A DNA stretch of 64,000 bases, taken from a virus (taxonomy: Duplodnaviria > Heunggongvirae > Uroviricota > Caudoviricetes). Below are positions 36,295-46,180 of the stretch, piece by piece; position 1 is the first letter of the stretch, and each line of letters starts with the position of its first letter. The stretch lies in the IMG/VR virus record IMGVR_UViG_3300025389_000018. One strand, 5' to 3'. The notes under the pieces were generated by a model that was not told the DNA's origin, did not search any database, and was given only the letters and a program-made list of their open reading frames with translations. Both the position numbers and the translations under genes were made by a program.

Positions 36295-37160
36295 CCAGTG
36301 GCTTAGATATCGTAAACATTGCTCGTACTCAAATTGGGTTTGTAGAAGGCCCTAACAATGAAAATCCATATGGAACTTGGTATGGAATTCCTAATGAGTC
36401 TTACTGCGCTATGGGAGTTTCATGGTGCTTTGCTCAAGCAAACGCCTCTCATCTAGTTGCCGCCCAAACCCCCAAAGGGTTTGCGTATTGCCCTGCTGGA
36501 CTGACTTGGTTTCAGAAGAACAAGCAGGTTGTGGATAAGTATTCCGCCCTGCCCGGAGACTTGGTGTTCTACTCATGGTCCGGTAATGGGGTCGCTGACC
36601 ACGTAGAGATTGTTGAGGCGGCCTCTAAAGACGGCATTACGGCTATTGGGTTTAACACTGGGCCTGAAAGCTACACAGGAAACCAAGCTAACGGTGATGG
36701 GTGCTACCGTCGCCATCGTCCTTATCTCTATGTTCTGGCAATTGTTCGTCCTGCGTACACAGCTAACTCTGCGCCTACAAAGTCTTTGGGGCAAAACAAG
36801 GGATTAGCAGCTGGTGTGGCCGGCGCTACCGCTTTAACTGGAGGAGGCGCTGCAGCCATACATACAGCAAACACCCCTGCTCCAATTCCTACAAAGGCGC
36901 CTACCGTTATTGTCGCTCCTCCATTTCCTGGTACATCAGCCTTTAAGGTTGGCGCTAAAGGAAAAGTGGAACTTGTTGTGGCAAAAGCTTTGGCTAATGC
37001 AGGGCTACTTCCAGCAAATCTAGTGAGCTCTATTTTGACTGAGCAGGATATGGCGCTAGTCCCAATATACCAAGGGTTGTACCCAGGGCTTAAAGCCTCT
37101 AAAGGTAAGGGAATTGATGCCGCTACTTACACCTCTATGGTAGCTAAGGCGAATGAATGA
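36291..37160 (+). CDS. CHAP-domain peptidase endolysin with Ala/Gly/Pro-rich C-terminal region
   Basis: CAMGVSWCF catalytic-Cys context and a downstream His (DHVEIV). GTGA overlap. Confidence 0.65.
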   Translation: MTSGLDIVNIARTQIGFVEGPNNENPYGTWYGIPNESYCAMGVSWCFAQANASHLVAAQTPKGFAYCPAGLTWFQKNKQVVDKYSALPGDLVFYSWSGNGVADHVEIVEAASKDGITAIGFNTGPESYTGNQANGDGCYRRHRPYLYVLAIVRPAYTANSAPTKSLGQNKGLAAGVAGATALTGGGAAAIHTANTPAPIPTKAPTVIVAPPFPGTSAFKVGAKGKVELVVAKALANAGLLPANLVSSILTEQDMALVPIYQGLYPGLKASKGKGIDAATYTSMVAKANE

Positions 37161-37483
37161 AGAACTTTCAGAAAATATCTGACTGGTGCTCCGTTGCTTT
37201 TGGTTCACCGTGGTTCTTAATTTCTCACATGATTTTTTGGACTATCTGGATGACCTTTGCGGCGTTTGACCCTTACCCCTTTAATCTACTGACTCTTACA
37301 GTTTCCTTAGAGTCAATCCTGCTTTCTGGCCTTCTTTTGAACGCAACTAACCGTTCTGGGGATGAAGACAGGCGTATTATTACTAAAGACCTAAAGCTAG
37401 ACCAAGAGACTCATAATCATATTGAGGAACTTCGTAGGCATGTAAACGAGATATTGGAGCACGCTCGTGGGAATAAAGCTTAA
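37157..37483 (+). CDS. Membrane protein (2 TM; DUF1003-like), holin candidate
   Basis: FLISHMIFWTIWMTFAAF and LLTLTVSLESILLSGLLL helices, directly after the endolysin. Confidence 0.45.
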   Translation: MKNFQKISDWCSVAFGSPWFLISHMIFWTIWMTFAAFDPYPFNLLTLTVSLESILLSGLLLNATNRSGDEDRRIITKDLKLDQETHNHIEELRRHVNEILEHARGNKA

Positions 37484-37694
37484 CTTTGACAGTCCAGTCC
37501 ATCTTACGATTGCTGGCACTGCTGCCCTAGGTACTTGGGCGGCTACAGGTTACTCTACTGACCCAAAACACCTCGCTGCAGTTGCAACAGCAGCCCTAGC
37601 AGGTGTATCGTCTCATACACCAAACTCGTCGTCACCTAATGTCTCGGCCGAGTCCCATATCGTAACTCCATACGCAAACAACATAGAGGAATAG
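37467..37694 (+). CDS. Small hypothetical protein
   Basis: Lysis-cassette context. Confidence 0.35.
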   Translation: MGIKLNFDSPVHLTIAGTAALGTWAATGYSTDPKHLAAVATAALAGVSSHTPNSSSPNVSAESHIVTPYANNIEE

Positions 37695-37696
37695 AG

Positions 37697-38014
37697 ATGA
37701 AGCTAAGCGCAAAAACAAAAGTAATTATCGAGCACTACCTATATGGTCTTTTTATCGCTGTCGTAGCTAACGTAGTTAAGACTCTTACAACTAAGGGCGC
37801 CCACAACTACACGACTGTATTTTGGTCTGTAGTAGAAGGTGTTCTTCTTCCAATCGTTATTAAGGCTAACCCAAAGAGCCTTTACAACAAGGTAGCAAAG
37901 ACCACTGGCCTACCAGAGTCAGTTGTGGCAAATGTCGGAGCTAAGGCAATCAATGAGGTTGTCGATACTGTCGAAAAGGAAGCTTCTACAGTGGCTCCTG
38001 ACCAAACTAAGTAA
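37697..38014 (+). CDS. Small 2-TM membrane protein, holin-like
   Basis: Two hydrophobic helices and a charged C-terminus. Confidence 0.5.
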   Translation: MKLSAKTKVIIEHYLYGLFIAVVANVVKTLTTKGAHNYTTVFWSVVEGVLLPIVIKANPKSLYNKVAKTTGLPESVVANVGAKAINEVVDTVEKEASTVAPDQTK

Positions 38015-38030
38015 CCTTAATTACCTCAAG

Positions 38031-38068
38031 AAAGGCCCCCATATTAAAAGTGGGGGTTTTTTCTTTTG
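38031..38068 (+). terminator. Rho-independent terminator
   Basis: GGCCCCCA-tattaaaag-TGGGGGTTTTTTCTTTTG. Confidence 0.8.
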
Positions 38069-38109
38069 TTTAGCACCAACAATCCACTCCAATAAGAGAC
38101 CATTTATCC

Positions 38110-38622
38110 ATGGAATTGGCTAACTTAAACAACAGTAACGCATCTGACGTTTTTGGTTCGATGTCTGGCGGTATTAAAAAGAGACTGTCAAGTGTGAATG
38201 GCCTTATGCACCAACAGTTGGCATTCCAACATGCGTCTGCACTAAACCAACAGAACCATGAAAATCTTATGCAACATGCTGGAGTTGTACATGCTCACAA
38301 TGTAGAGCTTGAAAATGTAAGACACCAGAACGTGTCACAGCTCTCCGCACAAGAACACGCCCAGACTTTAGAGCAGGGGAATGCTGCTCATGGTCGGCAA
38401 ATGGAGTTTATCGGTGCACTTAGAAAGCACGCTGAACCAGGTACAGAGATGTCCTTACAGCATGGAGATGTAAAAGCAAACTTTACTTTAAAGAACAAAA
38501 CACGACGAGCCCCTAAAGCTGCTGCAGAACAAGTAGCTCCTGAGATGACACCAGAGAAGAAAACTGGACCTTCAGTGACTCGTGACCCTAAGACTGGACG
38601 AATTCGTTCCCTAAAAAAGTAA
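38110..38622 (+). CDS. Hypothetical protein
   Basis: An ORF after the terminator. Confidence 0.5.
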   Translation: MELANLNNSNASDVFGSMSGGIKKRLSSVNGLMHQQLAFQHASALNQQNHENLMQHAGVVHAHNVELENVRHQNVSQLSAQEHAQTLEQGNAAHGRQMEFIGALRKHAEPGTEMSLQHGDVKANFTLKNKTRRAPKAAAEQVAPEMTPEKKTGPSVTRDPKTGRIRSLKK

Positions 38623-38636
38623 CATCGGAGAAACAA

Positions 38637-38885
38637 ATGAAATGTGCCAATTGCGATAGCCCTGCGCTATTCATATACGAAATAACACCTGAAGTAAGCA
38701 TCAAGTATTGCAACAACCATCTCCCTAGATTTTTAGAGGCTAGGAAGAAAGCTGGAACACTAAAGACTACGGAAGAGTGGCAAAAAGGTCTGGATGAAAT
38801 CTCCAAGACGCTAGGAGTTCGGGCTCCTGCTATAGAGGAGTCCGCACCGATAAAGAAGAAGACAGTTAAAAAGACGGCAAAATAA
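38637..38885 (+). CDS. Small zinc-binding protein CANCDSx14KYCNNH (paralog of 33797-33994)
   Basis: GGAGAAACAA RBS. Confidence 0.5.
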   Translation: MKCANCDSPALFIYEITPEVSIKYCNNHLPRFLEARKKAGTLKTTEEWQKGLDEISKTLGVRAPAIEESAPIKKKTVKKTAK

Positions 38886-39119
38886 ATGGCCTTAATTCGC
38901 AAGTTCGCGGTGCAGGGTCATGCTGTACCATCAGTAGCGCACAGCCCTAGAGGACCGTTTCCACCTGAAGTTCTAGCCCAACCCAAGATGGAATACGAGG
39001 ACCACCATTCGGACTCTCTACATGTAGGTTTAGATAATGTACGTTTCTTCAGATGTCGCGACTGCGAAGAAATACTTCTAGAGACTGAACTCGACAATCA
39101 TGATTGTGAAAGGATATAA
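38886..39119 (+). CDS. Small protein with C-terminal zinc ribbon (CRDCEE...HDC)
   Basis: TAAATG junction. Confidence 0.45.
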   Translation: MALIRKFAVQGHAVPSVAHSPRGPFPPEVLAQPKMEYEDHHSDSLHVGLDNVRFFRCRDCEEILLETELDNHDCERI

Positions 39120-39785
39120 ATGGCTACCAACAATGACGGTCATCTCCTCGATTCCGCTGGGAACGTTGTAGTTGACTTTGTATGGGGTAACTTCCCACTG
39201 CAACCTAACGATGTTCGTACAGCAAACGGCGGTTCAGACTTGAACTACGCTCTTGATACGCATGACATCGCAGAGACTGGTTGGAATGGATACCCACTCT
39301 ACACACCTAACACCACAGGCTCACAGTCTGGCGGAGTTGACTATGTTCTCGTTCCTAGCGTTATAGGTCTGACAACAGTTCTCGCTACAGATGCTCTCAA
39401 TGACACAGAGTTGACACCTACAACTGCATCTTCTGCAACCAACACACCTATCTCAATTACTGCTGCTGCTCGTACCTCTGGTTCAGCAACCGCAACAGTT
39501 ACTGCTACAGGTGCTGGTGCAGCATTCCCAGTTGGAGCAAGCATCACAATTGCTGGTCTTGCAGATTCAACTACGACAGAACTCAATGGCACATGGGTAG
39601 TTACAGCAAACGCTACGAACACCGTATCGTTCGTCTCTAACAACACCACAGCTATTGCTGTCGCATCTCCTACAGGTACTCCTACAGTTAAGGGAACCTC
39701 TGGAACCATCAAGACTCAGTCAATCGCTGCAGGTGCTTCGAGCATCGCAGTGGGCGCTGCTATCACTATTACGCCTTACGCCTAA
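39120..39785 (+). CDS. Thr/Ala/Ser-rich protein, probable minor virion protein
   Basis: Low-complexity beta-rich sequence at the head of the structural module. Confidence 0.5.
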   Translation: MATNNDGHLLDSAGNVVVDFVWGNFPLQPNDVRTANGGSDLNYALDTHDIAETGWNGYPLYTPNTTGSQSGGVDYVLVPSVIGLTTVLATDALNDTELTPTTASSATNTPISITAAARTSGSATATVTATGAGAAFPVGASITIAGLADSTTTELNGTWVVTANATNTVSFVSNNTTAIAVASPTGTPTVKGTSGTIKTQSIAAGASSIAVGAAITITPYA

Positions 39786-39795
39786 TAGGGTTTAA

Positions 39796-40614
39796 ATGGC
39801 AATTTCTCGTGCAGGCGGTGGGTCTACAGGTGGGCGCAAGATGGCCCAACCGTCTGCACAGGAATTGCAACGCGCAATTGGCGCAGGCCGTATGCTTGGC
39901 TACACAAAAGCACAGGCCACAGGGTTATTCAATGCTGGGTTAACAAATCCTTTCGCTAACGTTCCTACTGCTGCATCAAAAGGCGCGTTTAATGATTTCA
40001 TTGATTTAAGTGAAGACACCAGCATCCTTAGTTATTACAACCCCCAAACTTTTAGGACTGCCCAATCTCGTAACCAAGCAGGAGAAGCAATTGCTACTGG
40101 TGTGGACACTGGTTTAGGCTACTTTGATTCTGCTGGAAATCCAGTTGACCGCTCCTCTTACCGTCAATCTTATGACGAAGACATAGATACGGGAGAGTTG
40201 ATAATTCCAGGTCTAAAGGGGCCACAAGCTGATGAAGGAAGAGGTCCTGCTCCTATCACTATGGTTCCTACTTCAACAAGTGACCCAGACCGTCCACGAA
40301 CTGTAGCTGCAGGGTATGATTCAGGGCGCGAAGTCCTTACTGTCGTTTTCCGTGATGGTACCTTCTACAACTACTATGAAGTAAACCCAAATGAGTGGCA
40401 GGAATTTAAGAGAACAAACTCAAAGGGCGTCTATATTTATTCAGTATTGGACTACCATCCTCGTGGCCCAGCAACTTTAGGTGACGTTAGCCCACAAGTT
40501 CGTGAAAATCTTTATAGGATTGCTCGCGCTGTACAGATTCAGAAAAAGGGCAAGAATTTCTATGCCCAACGTAAGAAAGCTACAGCAAAAAGGACTACTC
40601 CAAAGAAAAGGTAG
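39796..40614 (+). CDS. Hypothetical protein with basic C-terminal tail
   Basis: Structural-module context. Confidence 0.5.
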   Translation: MAISRAGGGSTGGRKMAQPSAQELQRAIGAGRMLGYTKAQATGLFNAGLTNPFANVPTAASKGAFNDFIDLSEDTSILSYYNPQTFRTAQSRNQAGEAIATGVDTGLGYFDSAGNPVDRSSYRQSYDEDIDTGELIIPGLKGPQADEGRGPAPITMVPTSTSDPDRPRTVAAGYDSGREVLTVVFRDGTFYNYYEVNPNEWQEFKRTNSKGVYIYSVLDYHPRGPATLGDVSPQVRENLYRIARAVQIQKKGKNFYAQRKKATAKRTTPKKR

Positions 40615-40616
40615 AG

Positions 40617-41015
40617 ATGCCAAGGACGCATAACTTCGGACCCACATTTGTTCAAGTAACTAAATTCCCATATGACTGGGGGAAAAAAGTAATTGTCAGA
40701 GGTTGGACCCAAGAAATCGAAGAACCATTTAGGACCTCTAAACCTTTCATAGTACGATTACCTAAATACAAGGCATTAGTCCTTGGTTATTGGACAGGAA
40801 CAACACATGAAGAAGATGCCCTCACCAAAGCGGTGGATGGCAGGGAAGCGACTTACGATGATTTCACTGAAGAAGCGGGATGGACACCGCCCCCAGCAAA
40901 CACGGATACAGAAGAGAGTCTCAATGCTCTCCACTCCAGACTTGCTGCAATGGATGGAACAGTCGATGTATACGATTGGAAAGATGTCTACCGTTTGGCA
41001 AAAGAATCCGAATAA
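40617..41015 (+). CDS. Hypothetical protein
   Basis: Lies immediately upstream of the terminase. Confidence 0.5.
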   Translation: MPRTHNFGPTFVQVTKFPYDWGKKVIVRGWTQEIEEPFRTSKPFIVRLPKYKALVLGYWTGTTHEEDALTKAVDGREATYDDFTEEAGWTPPPANTDTEESLNALHSRLAAMDGTVDVYDWKDVYRLAKESE

Positions 41016-41133
41016 AGATGTTGCCGAAGAGATGGTTATGGGTGCAGAAGTTTTTTACGAAATCACAAAAGAATTGAGGCGACGCACAGAATCTATGCTA
41101 TGATTCTCTTGCTTCACCTCTCTCTCCAGGTCT

Positions 41134-41160
41134 AGCGAGCCCACTTCGGTGGGCTTCGCT
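41134..41160 (+). promoter_or_regulatory. Stable hairpin GCGAGCCCAC-ttcg-GTGGGCTTCGC immediately upstream of the terminase ATG
   Basis: A 10-bp stem with a tetraloop, 17 nt before the start codon. Confidence 0.45.
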
Positions 41161-41176
41161 GTCTAGATAGGTACAC

Positions 41177-43513
41177 ATGGAAAACTACGACGAAGAAAAA
41201 TTTGAAGAGATAAATCCTGACTTTTATCTCCAGGATGAAGAACCTGTTGTAGAAGAGCAGGAAGAAGAGTTAGATGAGCTTTCTCAACAATTTGTAAATA
41301 AACTCATCGAAAAAATTATGGACTTTTTAGTAGTCCTTGTTGGGCACGATTTACACCCTTACCAAAAACCTTTAGCTAGACGGATAATTGAGTCCGTAAT
41401 CATCAATGATGGTGAAGAAATAACTGCTCTTGCATCTCGTCAGTCAGGTAAATCTGAAACAGTAGCTGATGTCGTAGCAACATTGATGGTTCTTTTACCT
41501 CGGCTTGCAAAGCTGTATCCAGACCTTCTTGGAAAATTTAAAGATGGGTTATGGGTAGGACTCTTTGCTCCTACAGAATCACAGGCCGAAACTCTGTTCG
41601 GGAGAGCAGTGACTCGTCTTACGTCTGAGCGTGCTATTGAAATCATGGATGACCCAGAGATTGACGATAGCACAGCTCGTGTGGGTGGAGTTACTCGGCA
41701 GATTAAGCTTAAAAAATCAGGCTCTACTATCACTATGATGACTGCTAACCCTCGTGCAAAGATTGAATCTAAGTCGTTCCACTTGGTAGTTATTGATGAG
41801 TGCCAAGAAGCGGATGACTTCGTAGTATCCAAATCAATCTCTCCTATGTTGGCTTACTACGCAGGAACGATGGTAAAAACAGGTACACCAACAACAAGCA
41901 AAAACAACTTTTACAGAAGTATTCAACTCAACCGTCGTCGTCAAACTGGGCGTAATTCACGGCAAAATCATTTCCAATGGGACTGGAAAGAAGTCGCGAA
42001 AGTCCAACCTAATTACGAAAAATTTATTCGAAAAGAGATGCTTCGTATCGGTGAAGATTCCGATGAATTTCAGATGTCGTACAACTGCCTTGTTCCAACT
42101 ACTAAAGTCCTTACTTCAGACCTTCAGTATGTGGAGATTGGGTCTGTAAAAGTTGGAGATACTCTCGTAGGATTCGACGAAGAACCAACTACTAAAGGTG
42201 CTCATAGAAAAATACGGAAAACAACTGTAACTAAAGCGGAGCGCATACTTCGTCCTACTTACAATATAGCCCTGTCAGACGGCACAGTTGTGGGCTCATC
42301 AGATGGACATTTATGGCTAGTATCAACAGCTGGTCGTAGAACAGTGTGGAAACGCACAGACGAGCTACTTACTACAGACCGTATTTTTAAAATATTAGAT
42401 ACTTGGGAGAGTGCAGAAGATTATAGAACAGGGTATCTAGCGGCTGCATTTGATGGGGAGGGGCACTTCTCTCGTCAAGCAATGCTCGGATTCTCTCAGA
42501 GAGATAATGTCATGCTTTCAAAGGTAAGGAAGTATCTGACTGAGTTGGGATTTAAGTATTGGGAACGGCATGACACAGGTACTAATGGCGATGTAACTGT
42601 TCTCCATATAGCAGGCGGACGTGCGAGCATGTCTAGATTCTTGGGACAAATACGTCCAGAACGATTACTTAAGAAAGTGAACTTGGATGAGTTCGGGTCT
42701 ATAGGCCGTCATGATTTCGTCGGACAAGACTTTGAACACCCTCTAGTTGTTTCAGTGGAGTATGTTGGTGAGCAAGAGGTTGTAGCTCTTGAAACAACGA
42801 CGAAAACCTTTATCGCAGAAGGATTAGCTTCTCATAACTGCAAATGGTTGTTAGAAAGAGGTATGTTCGTCACTTCTACAGTCATGGATGAGTTAGGAGA
42901 CACTTCGCAAGAGGTCGTAAGAGCATGGCATAAAACTCCCGTAGTAGTGGGAATTGACCCAGCTCGTAAGACTGACTCAACAGTAGTCACTGTTGTTTGG
43001 GTTGACTGGGATAGGCCAGACGAGTTCGGCTACTTCGACCATCGAGTGTTGAACTGGTTGGAACTTCAAGGAGAAGATTGGGAAGAACAATACTTTCAGA
43101 TTGTAAACTTCTTAGAGAATTATGACGTGCTTGCTATAGGGGTAGATGCTAACGGTGTAGGAGACGCAGTAGCCCAACGTCTAAAGCTTCTAATGCCTCG
43201 CGCTGAAGTAACTGCTCTTACCTCCAGTCCATCAGAACAATCGAAGAGGTGGAAACACTTACAGGCATTGATTCAGAGAAAAATGATTAGTTGGCCTGCA
43301 CATGCAAAGGTTCGCAGAGGAAGAACTTTTAGGCGTTTTTATCAGCAGATGACGGATGCCGAAGTTACGTTTAAAGGCCCTAACTACATGGTTGCAGCCC
43401 CCGATGAAGCCCATGCCCACGATGACTTTGTGGATTCACTCTCTATTGCTTGCAGCCTTACCCAGAACCTTGTTATGCCGGAAGTAGTTGCTTCTAGTAA
43501 TCCCTTCTTTTAA
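41177..43513 (+). CDS. Terminase large subunit (ATPase + nuclease) interrupted by an intein
   Basis: Walker A ASRQSGKSE and Walker B HLVVIDECQEADD. The host protein remains in frame around the intein. Confidence 0.8.
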   Translation: MENYDEEKFEEINPDFYLQDEEPVVEEQEEELDELSQQFVNKLIEKIMDFLVVLVGHDLHPYQKPLARRIIESVIINDGEEITALASRQSGKSETVADVVATLMVLLPRLAKLYPDLLGKFKDGLWVGLFAPTESQAETLFGRAVTRLTSERAIEIMDDPEIDDSTARVGGVTRQIKLKKSGSTITMMTANPRAKIESKSFHLVVIDECQEADDFVVSKSISPMLAYYAGTMVKTGTPTTSKNNFYRSIQLNRRRQTGRNSRQNHFQWDWKEVAKVQPNYEKFIRKEMLRIGEDSDEFQMSYNCLVPTTKVLTSDLQYVEIGSVKVGDTLVGFDEEPTTKGAHRKIRKTTVTKAERILRPTYNIALSDGTVVGSSDGHLWLVSTAGRRTVWKRTDELLTTDRIFKILDTWESAEDYRTGYLAAAFDGEGHFSRQAMLGFSQRDNVMLSKVRKYLTELGFKYWERHDTGTNGDVTVLHIAGGRASMSRFLGQIRPERLLKKVNLDEFGSIGRHDFVGQDFEHPLVVSVEYVGEQEVVALETTTKTFIAEGLASHNCKWLLERGMFVTSTVMDELGDTSQEVVRAWHKTPVVVGIDPARKTDSTVVTVVWVDWDRPDEFGYFDHRVLNWLELQGEDWEEQYFQIVNFLENYDVLAIGVDANGVGDAVAQRLKLLMPRAEVTALTSSPSEQSKRWKHLQALIQRKMISWPAHAKVRRGRTFRRFYQQMTDAEVTFKGPNYMVAAPDEAHAHDDFVDSLSIACSLTQNLVMPEVVASSNPFF
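42086..42838 (+). mobile_element. Intein (Hint domain with LAGLIDADG homing-endonuclease motif) within the terminase large subunit
   Basis: N-terminal splice junction YN|CLVPTT, LAGLIDADG-like GYLAAAFDGEGHF, and C-terminal ...LASHN|C (His-Asn plus +1 Cys). Confidence 0.7.
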
Positions 43514-43591
43514 CAACAAAAAGGCTCCAAAAGGGTGGAAACTATTCCCAAGGAATAGGCCTTCCTATCAACACATCCTTAAGGAGTAAGA

Positions 43592-43987
43592 ATGACAATT
43601 TCACCAGCACCCCGTTTTCCAGAGCGTGCTCCACAAGTCTACGAAATGAAGGGTGCAGGCAACGCAACACGCCGTGGACCACTCCGTTTCGAAGAGGGTA
43701 TTGCTACTGATACCGATGTTCCAACTGATTTTCAGAAGGGTATGCAACAGGGCTTGATTCCTGCTGCTGGTCGCCCAAACCGCAATGCTAACGTATTCGA
43801 AAAGCCTGCTGCTGAGACACTCTCAGAGCGTGCCCACGTCGGTTCAGCATCTTGGATTGAAGGACCAGAGTTCCTCGGTGAGTTCGCTCATGGAACCATG
43901 AACGATTACTCAGCAGCGAAAATCGAAGAAGTAGCTCGTTCAGGCGGACGTACACAACGTCAATCTGCAACTGTAGTTAACGACTAG
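43592..43987 (+). CDS. Hypothetical protein
   Basis: AAGGAG RBS. Confidence 0.5.
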   Translation: MTISPAPRFPERAPQVYEMKGAGNATRRGPLRFEEGIATDTDVPTDFQKGMQQGLIPAAGRPNRNANVFEKPAAETLSERAHVGSASWIEGPEFLGEFAHGTMNDYSAAKIEEVARSGGRTQRQSATVVND

Positions 43988-44053
43988 TTTATAGAGACAT
44001 ACCTTTGCCCCCGCATTAGTGTGGGGGCAATAGGGTATTGAGAGGAGTACGAA

Positions 44054-44314
44054 ATGGCAGTAAAGCCAGCTAATCAGAAAATGTGGGACATGATTGTCGC
44101 CCAGGCAAAAGCAAAGTACTCGACCTACCCAAATCCAGGTGCATCACACTGGGTTCGTAAGACATACACCGAGCATGGTGGAAGATTTATAGAGACAAGC
44201 GAAGAAGACCGTCGTAAAGGTCTTGAGAAGAAAAAAGCTGAGAACAAGAAAAAGCAAGAAGCAGCTACTGACAAAAAGAAGTCTTCTAAAAAAGATAAGA
44301 AAGAAAAAAAGTAA
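44054..44314 (+). CDS. Small Lys-rich protein
   Basis: GAGAGGAG RBS. Confidence 0.45.
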   Translation: MAVKPANQKMWDMIVAQAKAKYSTYPNPGASHWVRKTYTEHGGRFIETSEEDRRKGLEKKKAENKKKQEAATDKKKSSKKDKKEKK

Positions 44315-44635
44315 CTTATATGAGTCGTTCGAAGAACGAAAATGCTGACGCAGTGCGGGCATCACGCACTCAACAGACACATACCAAGTCTGTCACGGAC
44401 GGATTGGAGGTGATTTAGCGCATGTCATTCCTAGACTTTTCTCCTCCGTCTTATCGCGCAGCCTCGTCAGACCTAACAATCTCCATTTCCCCATTGGGAC
44501 TTGTAGAATTGGCTGACGAGGAATAGCCCCGAATTCGAGGTACATGGACCGCGCTTAAACAGGTACTCGCTCAATTGGGCGATGTACCTGGGTTGAATAG
44601 GTCATCACTGGGGTTACCGTCGTGAGACGGGCGAA

Positions 44636-46180
44636 ATGCAAATTGCGGTAAATTACTACCGTGCATTCAATGACTTTTTAGCACGCTTTACCTTTGGTAA
44701 AGGCGTGCACTTCCGTTCCCCTAAAGCAACTGAAGCTATTGTCCCTGACCGCTTAGAGCGTGTATGGGAAGTAGATAATGACAAGATGCGTGTGCTACTT
44801 GAGATGGCACAACAAGGTGGAATTACTGGCGACGTGTTCGTAAAGGTCGCGTATGAAGAGCCTTGGGACGATTCCGCAGGTGGCTTCCACCCAGGTCGTG
44901 TTCGTATTCTTCCTATGAACTCCTCCTTTTGTTTCCCTGAGTTTCACCCACATGACCGTACACGGTTACTGAGATTTAAACAGAAATATCGTTTCTGGGG
45001 CACATCTTTAGAGGGTACACGACAGGTATTTACTTACACTGAAATCCTTACTGACGATGTTATCGAAGAGTACATCAACGATGAGCTCATTGATTCACGG
45101 CCTAATCCACTAGGTGTAATCCCTGTAGTTCACATTCCTAACGTACCTGTATCAGGTTCCCCATGGGGACTTGCAGATGCTCATGACATCATCACCATTA
45201 ACCGTGCTTACAACGAAATCTCAACAGATGTAGCAGACATTATTAACTACCACGCTTCCCCTGTGACAGTTATTATCGGTGCTAAAGCATCTAACCTTGA
45301 AAAAGGCGCAAAGAAAGTTTGGGGCGGTCTTCCAAAAGACTCTCAGGTTTTCAACCTTGAAGGAGGAGCGTCAGGAATTGATGGAGCTCTAAAGTACTTA
45401 GAACTCTTAAAGCGCTCAATGCACGAAATCATGAACATCCCAGAGACTGCTCTAGGACAAGTTCAGCCAATTTCAAACACGTCAGGTGTTGCGCTTTCTA
45501 TTCAGTATCAACCTTTGATGAATCGTTACAGCCAAAAGGTTGCTCAATACGGAAAAGGTATTGAGAAGATTAACGAACTGATTCTTCGTAACCTTGCTTT
45601 CAAAGAACCACAAACTTTCCTTTATAACCCAGAGAGTGATGGCCCAATCAAACCAGGCCAACTAACTCAGCTTGACCCTAATGACCCAATTACCTACATG
45701 AACTATGTTCAATTCCCTCCTCCATTGCCTTTGGATAAGCTGATTCTTCTTAACGAAATCCAGACTAAATTGGGAATGGGACTTGAGTCTAAGGAAGGCG
45801 CTCTCCGTACTCTTGGCGAGGAATTCCCAGAGGAGAAATTGGAAGAGATTCGCCAAGAGCTTATTGCTGATGCAACGGCTGATGGAGCTCTACAGTTAGT
45901 AAAGATTCAGATTCAGAAAGAAATCATGGATATGACAGGCATGATGCCTGGTCCAGATGGAAACTCTGCTATTCCTATAACTCCCCAGGAGTTAGGTGAC
46001 GGTGACGTACTGGGAGATGGAATTCAGGGACCTGAAAGTCCTGACAACATTGACAGCCCTGAAAACCAAGCGGCATCAATGATGGAAGACCAATCTGAGA
46101 ACTCACTTCGTGAGGCTCTACTAACCCAAGCTTACGGAACAAAGATTCCACAAAGAAGAACGGTAGAAAAAGATAACTAA
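44636..46180 (+). CDS. Portal protein
   Basis: A 514-aa ORF lying between the terminase and the scaffold/capsid genes. Confidence 0.65.
   Translation: MQIAVNYYRAFNDFLARFTFGKGVHFRSPKATEAIVPDRLERVWEVDNDKMRVLLEMAQQGGITGDVFVKVAYEEPWDDSAGGFHPGRVRILPMNSSFCFPEFHPHDRTRLLRFKQKYRFWGTSLEGTRQVFTYTEILTDDVIEEYINDELIDSRPNPLGVIPVVHIPNVPVSGSPWGLADAHDIITINRAYNEISTDVADIINYHASPVTVIIGAKASNLEKGAKKVWGGLPKDSQVFNLEGGASGIDGALKYLELLKRSMHEIMNIPETALGQVQPISNTSGVALSIQYQPLMNRYSQKVAQYGKGIEKINELILRNLAFKEPQTFLYNPESDGPIKPGQLTQLDPNDPITYMNYVQFPPPLPLDKLILLNEIQTKLGMGLESKEGALRTLGEEFPEEKLEEIRQELIADATADGALQLVKIQIQKEIMDMTGMMPGPDGNSAIPITPQELGDGDVLGDGIQGPESPDNIDSPENQAASMMEDQSENSLREALLTQAYGTKIPQRRTVEKDN

Noticed and set aside
39341-39712. 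A 123-aa minus-strand ORF antisense to the Thr/Ala-rich protein.
   Set aside because: It mirrors a low-complexity region, and the sense ORF fits operon packing.
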